NCBI GenBank assembly: GCA_021786945.1
Contig: JAJYMK010000003.1
Coordinates: forward strand, 457,471 to 521,470
Reading direction: 5' to 3'
DNA length: 64,000 bases
DNA from: a bacterium
GTDB lineage: Bacteria; Patescibacteriota; Minisyncoccia; UBA6257; 02-FULL-45-10c
The notes beneath the pieces were generated by a model. That model saw only the letters and a program-made list of their open reading frames with translations. It searched no databases and had not been told where the DNA came from. Every line of letters starts with the position of its first letter. The stretch's first letter is position 1. The translations under genes and the position numbers were made by a program. Of the stretch, positions 12,501 to 19,158 are shown in pieces.

Positions 12501-13488
12501 TCAAACTAGTGGCATCAGACTTCCCATAATACATATATATAGTGTCTTGAGTATTTGCCGGAATAGACGGAACTTTTACCCAAGATTTTTTATCAGATTC
12601 CTGCCAAAAATTAAGCAATGTACTTCCGTCACTATCAGCAAACCTAACATCTCCATAATCAAGGCGAGCTTTCGTACCAAGATATTGACTATAAACTTCA
12701 GAAGCCGAAAGGGCACGATTATAAATTCTAACTTCATCAACCATACCTTTCCATCGTCTATCTACAGTTGTGGCAAATCCGGTACCGATAGCAAAATTTG
12801 AAATTGTGCTCGGCCAATAAGTATTCGTTCCGGAAAAAACCCTAGTACCATTTAAATATCCTTCATGCCAACTTCTTGAAGTATCCCAAATATAAACAAT
12901 ATGATACCAAGTATTGATCTGCATCCCAGAAGGAATGTAATTAAAACTCGTATAAGTTCCGGCATCGTTTCCGGTTAAACCGCCAAAAGTACCAGAAGCA
13001 TTTTCTTCAAATCTTATTCCTACATTTGAACCATCAAGCTTTGTGGCTAAAGGGTTGTGATAATTTTCCATTACGGAGGCATTTACCCAAAAAGATAATG
13101 TCCCCTGAGTAGGAAAGGATCCCAAGCTTCCGGCTGAGATATAGCTACTACCATCAAAATTTCTGGCATTTCCATATTTACCAGCAACAATTGTTGTTCC
13201 AACAACCGTACCATTATAGCCATTACCAGATGAGTCAGAAGCAATTGATCCAGAACTTTCATTTAAATGCCAGCTTCCCAGCAAACCAGTTTCATTGTAA
13301 ATAGCATTTGTTGTATCTACGCCAACCTGATAATCAGTTAAAGCACTTCCGGCTGTATTGTCTATTGTAATCGCGCGCCTATTTGACCAGCCCGTAAGCC
13401 AGGCGGCTTCTGCCTTTGAAAAAGGCAAAAACCCTGCAAGCAGGGTTATGGCAAAGAAAGATACTATTGTTAATTTATTTCTGTTCAT
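6529..13488 (-). CDS. giant secreted/surface protein with five LamG (ConA-like) and four DUF2341 modules
   Basis: signal peptide; repeated W/YHxxE...DSS...DEVRIYNRALS LamG motifs; repeated RRAITIDN...DYQV and DxRF...W.E...WVKVP...IYMYYG DUF2341 motifs; start ATG 13488 preferred over TTG 13500. Confidence 0.85.
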   Translation of the reverse strand: MNRNKLTIVSFFAITLLAGFLPFSKAEAAWLTGWSNRRAITIDNTAGSALTDYQVGVDTTNAIYNETGLLGSWHLNESSGSIASDSSGNGYNGTVVGTTIVAGKYGNARNFDGSSYISAGSLGSFPTQGTLSFWVNASVMENYHNPLATKLDGSNVGIRFEENASGTFGGLTGNDAGTYTSFNYIPSGMQINTWYHIVYIWDTSRSWHEGYLNGTRVFSGTNTYWPSTISNFAIGTGFATTVDRRWKGMVDEVRIYNRALSASEVYSQYLGTKARLDYGDVRFADSDGSTLLNFWQESDKKSWVKVPSIPANTQDTIYMYYGKSDATSLSSISNTFIFGDDFNSGTIDSNKWLVSAGTASDVISASSGQLRSYQDGTVPVKSLQSAIAVNGDFIVDYSAKTVSIASGHNVNLGIMDSNQADGNGFWPFFTTSTFSLYKRAPGAWTLLQGSVGSYALNTFNNYKIILNGSNVGFYKDDIQVGGTQSITFGTNRYLILPRWWNEPTGDIADQYFDNIRVRKYAAIEPAVSVYGEQDNLTYSKRRAITIDNTSGSALYDYQVPVDLTTTTYNNTGLIGDWHFNEGQGSSAADSSGLNNSLALYNSPTWTVESGCKSGTCLSFNGSSQYGRLTTPAFQKSNGQELTVALWIKPGRLGGQYQDIIGNRSAAAGLNWLLYQHATDGSIQLHGAAQNKSSYIPSTTSWTYIVATVDSLGISKLYANSVLVQAISGYTYGAVTPNELTVGNFGTTEYYLGQIDEPRIYNRALSPAEISDLYNASKNRIDSNDIRFSDDASSYNDQTWNSSFSYWLESDKKAWVKVPYIPAATQKTIYMYYGNSSADSQSDISNTFLFGDDFDTGIISTDKWNKEGNIWTVNRSGAEIPTSGTAGVTFSVLRSKKFSIDNAIMESAITPLTVGGSYGKALICRSSDSNNMYVADLEAWSINSTELGKRVGGTWTNLSTLATNGGVTANVNYKILTKFVGTSLTNTVTNNITGAITTTSATDSSLTSGGVGLEVDRDETASAANFSYFFVRKYTATEPTTSVYSEQNNLTYAKRRAITVDNTSGSALYDYQVPVDLTTAFYNTQGLFSDYHFDEGAGPTIFDSSENRNHRGVQVGPLWVTGKYGNALYFNSSSVGLGNFDISGQGTPFSVFMWINTTQTGVAGDDSIMFSKRTGTNTFSFDLEGTSIRVSNWGSNAVIGTGTVNNGAWHQVGFTWNGTVVSIYIDGIVNAIGSVPLTTQSIANGNSLGAFDSGTTRPYVGSIDELRTYSRALSPLEIANLYNNSEISLNYSDLRFSDDASYNDQSWASSYSYWLESDKKAWVKVPYIPASTQKTIYMYYGNSSAPAQSDGNNTFQFFDDFVVPYISTNWALVAGSSIANGYLTTASTNDNPVFSTQLFPAVKVVDFDFYRADTGRNPQLVARGNDASNLVRFYRHTDADNNFVWQSRTGGTWSGETVVGTVPLATGVWHTASLAYTGTQDRLTINGVYSGGYTNSLFTGNSKMGFDSYASTGIFDRVRVRKYTATEPTTSLYAEQNKVSFTTKRAVTINNTSNSSTLYDYQVPVDITNTIYNNTNVVASWHLDEGQGLYAGDMSGNNNYGTLVNSPTWVATSSCKFGTCSQFNGGSQYITFATPPHTGTGSFTISAWIKTSTTGARQGIINYGGAATGQGLWLYVNTSNQLAFDLAGVAGPTSSVTVTNGAWHFVSAVYNGSSVQLYVDGSASGSSLAMSPNITGSTINAIGARPDILEWYFNGYIDEVKVFNAALSAADISNFYNASKAELNFDDLRFSDSSNLNDETWNFSYPYWIESDKKVWVKVPVIAGSANKTIYMYYGNSNATPGSDGPSTFIYWDDGSNRSGWTVSGAYQNITVGYIPPSYDTPFSSVNNYMFKNVGLKPNNIVEYNQRLASSGRAIGDFFFLVNNNGTGQAFNFDTNTGTGDHSNWYTTSSWNGWSVGSDTGFSPALNTWYKLKLTLTGTAAQININGTDYTPTFTFSNNGGNIGLISDGGTAHDSYWDNIRIRKYTVTEPTITIAALAVDCGMRAYDGTAVIAFACDTSEASPLQVAKSTAPTSGLVGYWKFDEGTGLSAADSSGNNNNGTLINGPTWTIAGKINGGLTFDGVDSYVSVPRTSSLTLNGKWTLAAWVYRNSATQSFVFAPRLVNQYYDDFSMPISPDGTLNVSEYYYPGYTWIGVNSVTKLGVGQWYHVVGTYDYSANYMALYINGALDNYINTSLLPVYQGNPIAIGSDPYSLSGRTLDGKLDEVRIYNRALSPSEITSLYSSGAPIYNIKLVDPSDSSASKFRVQTSGGTKAIMKYTP

Positions 13489-13546
13489 CTCCGGCTCCAA
13501 ATTTTTTAATTCGTATTATTCGTAATATTTAATAAATATTCGTATT

Positions 13547-14608
13547 TTACAGGTCTGTCCTTATCCAAATTTGTCCAACGACAGGAGAAGCCGGATCGGA
13601 AGTTCTGTTTTCAATAACTAATCCACCAAGAGCCTTGATCGTTCCTTTTCCGCTGTCTACCTGAATTGCCGCGCCACCGCCGGCATTAGCAGCATAAATA
13701 GCGGGGTTGCTCGCACTGGTAGTTTCAATTTTTGCGCCGCTGTTTGCCGAAGTTTGAGAGCCAATGGTAAGTTTATAATTTGTATCTGGGGAAGTTTGGT
13801 TTATACCCACAACGCCCCTGCTTGCCGCCAATATCGCTCCATTTTCTGTATATAAAGCCGTTCGAGTATTTGTTGTTGAATCGCTACTAGAGCCATAAGC
13901 ACTACCATTACCTATATAAAGAACAGCGTTTGAGCTTGGAAATGTTAAAGTCGTATTTAAAGAAACGTGCGTATTTTGATTTGGGTAGGCGGTTACATCA
14001 TCAACAACTCCTGTAACAATAGCATTTTGGGGTCCGCTTCCACCGCCATTTCTTTTGGTATTTATAGCTAAACTTCCACCCCAATTCGCTCCATTATAAG
14101 ATGTAATTGAGTTAATAATATTTCCACTAGAATAATTTGACCTGAAATTAATAGACTGGTTTGTAGAAAGCGCGCCTAAAATTGTAAGGCTTCCTTGTTC
14201 AATATGTAATTTATCATAAGGCGTAGCTGTTCCAATACCAATATTGCCAGATCCCCTAAAAAGATATCCTCCAGAATCCCCATCTTCACCAAAATATAAA
14301 TTCGCCGAACCAATTCCCCTATTAATTACTCCAGCAACTGTAGTACCACCTTTAAAATAAATCCTTCCATAAGTAACACCGTCACCAATATCAATATTTC
14401 CACCAACGACATTTAATTTAGAAGTTGGACTCGCCGTTCCAATACCCACATTACCACTGCTTACACTAATCGCGCCCGCACCGGAAGAAGGATTGGCCGA
14501 GGGATTTGTCCATGCATAAGAAATTTGAAAAACTAAAACCAAAATTAAACTAATTAATAAAATTGTAGTGGATATTTTCCAAAAATTTATTTTTTTGCTA
14601 GTTTCCAT
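13547..14608 (-). CDS. exported fibre-like protein with GNVGIGT repeats
   Basis: N-terminal TM then WTNPxxxP; GNVGIGT/GNIGIGT repeats; C-terminal IENRTSDP...GQIW motif. Confidence 0.7.
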   Translation of the reverse strand: METSKKINFWKISTTILLISLILVLVFQISYAWTNPSANPSSGAGAISVSSGNVGIGTASPTSKLNVVGGNIDIGDGVTYGRIYFKGGTTVAGVINRGIGSANLYFGEDGDSGGYLFRGSGNIGIGTATPYDKLHIEQGSLTILGALSTNQSINFRSNYSSGNIINSITSYNGANWGGSLAINTKRNGGGSGPQNAIVTGVVDDVTAYPNQNTHVSLNTTLTFPSSNAVLYIGNGSAYGSSSDSTTNTRTALYTENGAILAASRGVVGINQTSPDTNYKLTIGSQTSANSGAKIETTSASNPAIYAANAGGGAAIQVDSGKGTIKALGGLVIENRTSDPASPVVGQIWIRTDL

Positions 14609-14636
14609 AAGATACTTATATTATACAATAACTCGG

Positions 14637-14695
14637 TTAACGAATTAAAGGACTAACGAGTTAAAAAATTAAGGGACTAATACATTAAGAATTAA
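14637..14695. repeat. degenerate 8-nt-period YTAANNNN tandem repeat downstream of the four-helix-bundle gene
   Basis: YTAA at 14637, 14645, 14653, 14661, 14669, 14677, 14685. Confidence 0.7.
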
Positions 14696-15087
14696 CGGAA
14701 CTTCTGAATAAATTCCCCGCCCCTTCTTTTACGCTCAAGATAATTAATAAAACCCCCAATCTGTGCTGATAATTTTTCTAAATCATCGCTTAAATTTTTA
14801 AAAATTTCTTCATTAATATACCCGACAGTAAAAGAAATCAATAATTGATTTCTAACTTCCCCAGAAGAGCCTTTTGCCATTTTTAAAAATCTAATAAATT
14901 CATTGTTATTATTCTTTTCAAAACCCTCAACTATATTTGAACTTATCGAAACAGAGGCTCTTCTTATTTGATCTCTCAAACCAAAATCTTTTGAAAAATT
15001 TCCATGGGAAACAATGGCATAGATTTCTTTGGTTATTTTCATACTTAGTTTCCAAATCTCCAAATCTTCAAACTTATTTATTTTCAT
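14692..15087 (-). CDS. four helix bundle protein (23S rRNA IVP / Avd-like family)
   Basis: FEDLEIW, DFGLRDQIRRASVSISSNIVEG, FLKMAKGSSGEV. Confidence 0.92.
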   Translation of the reverse strand: MKINKFEDLEIWKLSMKITKEIYAIVSHGNFSKDFGLRDQIRRASVSISSNIVEGFEKNNNNEFIRFLKMAKGSSGEVRNQLLISFTVGYINEEIFKNLSDDLEKLSAQIGGFINYLERKRRGGEFIQKFR

Positions 15088-15107
15088 TAAAATATTAATT
15101 ATATCTT

Positions 15108-15245
15108 TTAGTTCTCTAAGTTCGTTAACTTTTTAACCCGTTAACTCATTAACGCCCTACTATTCTATCATTGACATTAAAACATCCTAAAGATAATCTG
15201 TTAATAAATATAATATTTTAACTCTTTAATGCATTAACGCGTTAA
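15108..15245. repeat. degenerate 8-nt-period TTAANNNN repeats upstream of the four-helix-bundle gene (two blocks)
   Basis: TTAA at 15125, 15133, 15141, 15149 and again at 15218, 15226, 15234, 15242. Confidence 0.65.
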
Positions 15246-15253
15246 TTCATACA

Positions 15254-15826
15254 ATGCAACACGATAAATTAGTCATAGATATAGAAACAAAAAATACCTT
15301 CGCAGACGTAGGGGGACAGGACCATCTTTTGGACCTGGAAATGTCTTTCGTCGGCGTATATTCCTACAACCAAGATAAATACTTCGGCTATTTTGAGCAT
15401 GAATTCAAAGAGCTTGAACCAATTCTGAAAACCACCGATCTTATAATCGGATTCAGCTCAAACAGATTTGATATTCCGATTTTAAATAAATATTACGACT
15501 GCAACGTAAAAGCAATAGAAAGCCTGGATATTTTGGACGACATAGAAGAAAAACTCGGGCACCGCGTAAAGCTGGACGACCTTGCCATGACAAATCTAAA
15601 AGTGGGAAAAACTGCGCACGGCCTGGAAGCCATAAAATTCTACAATGAAAAAAGATGGGATGATTTGAAAAATTATTGCATCAACGACGTAAAAATCACA
15701 AAAGAACTTTACGATCTCGGAAAAAAACAGGGATATCTTCTGGTGCCCACCGACCACGGCCGCTCAATTGCAAAAGTAGAATTCGACTGGAACAAAAAAA
15801 TCCATTTCGGAAACTTTTTGTTTTAA
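15254..15826 (+). CDS. RNase H-like / DEDD 3'-5' exonuclease domain protein (YprB-like)
   Basis: DIET, GFSSNRFDIP, KLDDLA, YCINDV. Confidence 0.8.
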   Translation: MQHDKLVIDIETKNTFADVGGQDHLLDLEMSFVGVYSYNQDKYFGYFEHEFKELEPILKTTDLIIGFSSNRFDIPILNKYYDCNVKAIESLDILDDIEEKLGHRVKLDDLAMTNLKVGKTAHGLEAIKFYNEKRWDDLKNYCINDVKITKELYDLGKKQGYLLVPTDHGRSIAKVEFDWNKKIHFGNFLF

Positions 15827-15851
15827 ATACCGGCCATTCTAAGCCTCTTTA

Positions 15852-15881
15852 TTGTCATCCCGCACTTGATGCGGGATCCAG
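15852..15881 (+). repeat. REP-like palindrome (GTCAT-CCCGC...GCGGG-ATCCA), left flank of the GIY-YIG gene
   Basis: TTGTCATCCCGCACTTGATGCGGGATCCAG. Confidence 0.75.
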
Positions 15882-15885
15882 GTTC

Positions 15886-16170
15886 TTATAATTCTTCATA
15901 TAAATCCTTCCAATTAGGATTTTTATTTTCAATAAGTTTCAATTTCCAAGCACGATTCCATTTCTTTAGTTGCTTTTCTCTGGTTATAGCCGCATCAACA
16001 TTTGATGTTTCTTCAAAATAAACAAGGGAATGCACTTCATACCTACTTGTAAATCCCTCTACAATATCATTTTTGTGCTGCCATACCCTTTTCTTTAAAT
16101 TATTAGTAACACCAACATACAAAGTACCATTTCTCTTACTCGTCATTATATAAACATAATAAGAATTCAT
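15886..16170 (-). CDS. GIY-YIG nuclease family protein (UPF0213-like)
   Basis: YYVYIM...GTLYVGVT, RVWQH, AITREKQLKKWNRAWK. Confidence 0.93.
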   Translation of the reverse strand: MNSYYVYIMTSKRNGTLYVGVTNNLKKRVWQHKNDIVEGFTSRYEVHSLVYFEETSNVDAAITREKQLKKWNRAWKLKLIENKNPNWKDLYEEL

Positions 16171-16183
16171 AAATTATATTTTA

Positions 16184-16212
16184 CTGGATTCCCGCCTTCG
16201 CGGGAATGACAA
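16184..16212 (-). repeat. REP-like palindrome, right flank of the GIY-YIG gene, inverted relative to the left copy
   Basis: reverse complement reads TTGTCATTCCCGCGAAGGCGGGAATCCAG. Confidence 0.75.
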
Positions 16213-16254
16213 GTAATAAAAATCTCCCGCGCGTAAACGCGGGAGATTTGATTT

Positions 16255-16716
16255 CTACCTGTTGAAGGTGGGGACTCTTTCCATCCTTTCGATGAGGTCT
16301 TTGTCGCTATGGTAAGAGCAGTAATTCTTGCCCATCACCACGTCGCCGAGTATCTCGCCGATCCGCAACTGCGGATTGTGCTTCAGCGCATGCTTCAGCA
16401 TTTTTGCGAACTTGGCGTTCTGGTCGACAGTCCTGATCTTGTTCTGCATGTCCTTCGGAAAACCGAAGGCCAGCATCAGATCGCCCACGCTCGGCTGCCC
16501 CTCCCCGTGAAACGCTCTCAAGTCCATAGCGAACTCGAGATCGGTTTTGTACGAGAAGCAGCCCTCCCCGCTCATGATCCAAAAGATCAGGTTTGCCCAA
16601 GAGGTCTTGGGATTGCGGCAAGCCGCATTCTCAAACGCCTCGGCAAACCGGGCCGAATCCTTGTTCGACCTGTTGCACTTCTGCTCGCCGTAGTAGTTCC
16701 TTCTCTGATTTTTCAT
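16255..16716 (-). CDS. hypothetical protein with two tandem ~45-aa repeats
   Basis: AGGAGG SD upstream of ATG 16716; GC-rich codons; repeats FAxxxxxAxxxNP...SYxxDxxxxxxL/M; terminator at ~16220-16249. Confidence 0.7.
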   Translation of the reverse strand: MKNQRRNYYGEQKCNRSNKDSARFAEAFENAACRNPKTSWANLIFWIMSGEGCFSYKTDLEFAMDLRAFHGEGQPSVGDLMLAFGFPKDMQNKIRTVDQNAKFAKMLKHALKHNPQLRIGEILGDVVMGKNYCSYHSDKDLIERMERVPTFNR

Positions 16717-16735
16717 ATCGTTCCTCCTGGAATTT

Positions 16736-16831
16736 TCACTGAAACATGCCGAAAACCAATATGCCGACACCCATAACAATCCGGATGGCGGTATCCAATA
16801 ACTCATTAAGCTTATCCGAAGCAATATTCAT
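16736..16831 (-). CDS. putative 31-aa small membrane peptide
   Basis: MNIASDKLNELLDTAIRIVMGVGILVFGMFQ; AAGGGG SD; ends just before the SD of the 16716 gene. Confidence 0.45.
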   Translation of the reverse strand: MNIASDKLNELLDTAIRIVMGVGILVFGMFQ

Positions 16832-16924
16832 AAATAAATCCCCTTTTATTAAATTTTCAATGTAATTTTACTATATTAACACAAAAATTGATTTTTGACA
16901 AGTACTAATAAAAATACCCAATTA

Positions 16925-18352
16925 TTATAAAATAAACGACTTCAGCTCAATAAATTTAGCGCTTAACAAACTTTGATTATTTGCCTCCAGATTCAATCTT
17001 AGTAAATTTTCGGAATTAGAAAATCTCAGGCTAAACCACCACTTCCCATCAACGGAATCAAATTCCATTAACAATCCGTCTGTTTCAATTATTTTTTGAG
17101 CCGATTTTTTATAAAAATTTTTTAATCTGACTAATTTTTTCTCAAAAATTTTTTTATCTTTTATTTCAAAATTAGTTTCTTCAATCTGATAATATCGCGG
17201 GAGTACGTCCAAGTATTCAGAAAAATTATTTTTTAACTTAACCACAAAGTTGATTATTTCCAAAGCAGCCAAAATACCACTGTCGCAATAAAAAAACTTT
17301 TTGAAGTAATAATGTCCCGATCGCTCCATTCCCAAATTCGCTTTTTTATTCCTCATCATTTCCTTCATAAACAAATGGCCGACTTTCGATACAAAAGTAC
17401 CTCTTATATTTTTTACGCGACTGCTACTAATAGTAGAAACAACAAATGGCGGTTTATTTTTATTCGTTAATATAAAACCAACAGCGTCCGGATCAACTTG
17501 TCTTCCTAGATTATCCATAAAAAACACCCTGTCTCCGTCTCCGTCAAAAATAATTCCCAAATCGGCTTTTTGTTTTACAACAACTTCCTTAAGCCTATCC
17601 AAAGATCCCGCAACAAGCGGATTGGGGCTATGAGCCGGAAAATTTCCGTTTGGTTTTTCGTTCAAAAAAACAGCGGTTATCTTTTTATTGCTCTTAAATA
17701 AATTTTTCAACACCATTCCCGTTGTCCCACTTGAACAATCAACGACGATTTTAAGCTTTCGTGAAACCTTAAGATGTTTTTTTAAAAAACTTGCATATAC
17801 TTTTAAAGAATAGGGCGCTGGCTTATTTAAAAACTTTGTAGCCAAATGAGCATGTCGACTAAACCTAACTTTTTGAAATGAGTGTGATGAAAAACCAGTA
17901 AGTGAATTGGCTGTAATAAGCGAAGCGGCCTGGGAAGATACAAAAACCTTATTCATAACTTCCCGTCCGCTTATCGGTATCGCCCCCCTCCCCATTATTT
18001 TTAGACCATTGTATTCCTTGGGATTATGCGACGCAGTAACAATTATCCCACCGTCTGCCTTAAATTTATTGACCAAAAAATAAATCTCCGGAGTAGTAGC
18101 CAATCCGGCTTCGATTATTTTTATTTTTTTAAAAGACTTTCCTGGTTGGATTTCTTTTAATGCGGCTAAAACTGATTTATATAATTCCGGAGAACTTAGG
18201 CGCGCATCGTGCCCTACAACGATGTTTTTTTTAAAAATCGCGCTAATTCCGGAAACAATCTTAAAAACAACTTGTTTGTTTATCTCCAAAGGATATATAC
18301 CTCTTATATCATTTGCCTTAAAAATATTTTTATCCAAAAAAATAGGCTCCAT
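16925..18352 (-). CDS. phosphomannomutase/phosphoglucomutase
   Basis: FKANDIRG, TASHNP, FDGDGDR, ERSGHYY, RFSNSENLLR. Confidence 0.92.
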   Translation of the reverse strand: MEPIFLDKNIFKANDIRGIYPLEINKQVVFKIVSGISAIFKKNIVVGHDARLSSPELYKSVLAALKEIQPGKSFKKIKIIEAGLATTPEIYFLVNKFKADGGIIVTASHNPKEYNGLKIMGRGAIPISGREVMNKVFVSSQAASLITANSLTGFSSHSFQKVRFSRHAHLATKFLNKPAPYSLKVYASFLKKHLKVSRKLKIVVDCSSGTTGMVLKNLFKSNKKITAVFLNEKPNGNFPAHSPNPLVAGSLDRLKEVVVKQKADLGIIFDGDGDRVFFMDNLGRQVDPDAVGFILTNKNKPPFVVSTISSSRVKNIRGTFVSKVGHLFMKEMMRNKKANLGMERSGHYYFKKFFYCDSGILAALEIINFVVKLKNNFSEYLDVLPRYYQIEETNFEIKDKKIFEKKLVRLKNFYKKSAQKIIETDGLLMEFDSVDGKWWFSLRFSNSENLLRLNLEANNQSLLSAKFIELKSFIL

Positions 18353-18410
18353 CTTGCAATTAATTATATCACTGCTAGGATGTTTTTAGGACCTTAAAGG
18401 AGGAAACTCT

Positions 18411-19013
18411 ATGAAATTCGAAAACCTTTCTGTAAAAGAAGTGGCCAGGGTAATGTCCCCGCTTTTAAAAAGAAACTTCCGGGAATGGAAGAATCTTAAA
18501 AAGCAGGTAATGCTCAAAAGCAAAATAAGTTTTTGCGACAAAGACGACGAAAAAATAGAAAAGCTTCTTTCGTCTGAACCCATGGCGCTGTTCTATGCTC
18601 ACTGGCTTAAATTCGAAAACCTGCAGGACGGCAAAGAAAAACTCGAAGAAAAAATAATCAGCTACATCAAGGGTTTATTCGGCAAAGAACTGAAAGATGA
18701 AAAAAGCGTTGAAAGACTTTATTCAAAATGCAGCTTGATAGCGGGTGTCAGCCGCATAAAAACAATCAAAATGATAGAAGCGGCTGTGGCTATGCAAGAT
18801 CTGATGAATAAGGACTTTCGGGAAATATTCGAAAATAAAAACGCCTACAAAGTAATCATTAAAAGCGCTTTAAAGGCCGAGGACTGGAAACTTTCTCAGT
18901 CTATTTTACTAGGGTGGATATCCCACTTCGAAATAGATCAGGAAAACGTCCTGGATTTCTACCGCATAAGCAACGTAATCATAGAAAAAAGAGAAAAAGA
19001 AATTTTCTCCTAA
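18411..19013 (+). CDS. hypothetical protein
   Basis: AGGAGG SD, 200-aa ORF, own terminator at ~19020-19052. Confidence 0.65.
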   Translation: MKFENLSVKEVARVMSPLLKRNFREWKNLKKQVMLKSKISFCDKDDEKIEKLLSSEPMALFYAHWLKFENLQDGKEKLEEKIISYIKGLFGKELKDEKSVERLYSKCSLIAGVSRIKTIKMIEAAVAMQDLMNKDFREIFENKNAYKVIIKSALKAEDWKLSQSILLGWISHFEIDQENVLDFYRISNVIIEKREKEIFS

Positions 19014-19158
19014 AAAAACAATCCCCTTGCTCAACCGAGCAGGGGGATTTTTATCTAACACATAAATTACGTGTGGGATTTATTCACCTCACCATATATT
19101 AAAATATGCAAATTTTTGTTAAAATAAGTTTAATTTAATATTTATTTAGAGAAGCTAT

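Noticed and set aside
14692-15087. Diversity-generating retroelement (Avd-like gene next to lectin-domain genes)
   Set aside because: No reverse transcriptase in the window, and I saw no template/variable repeat pair with adenine-specific differences.
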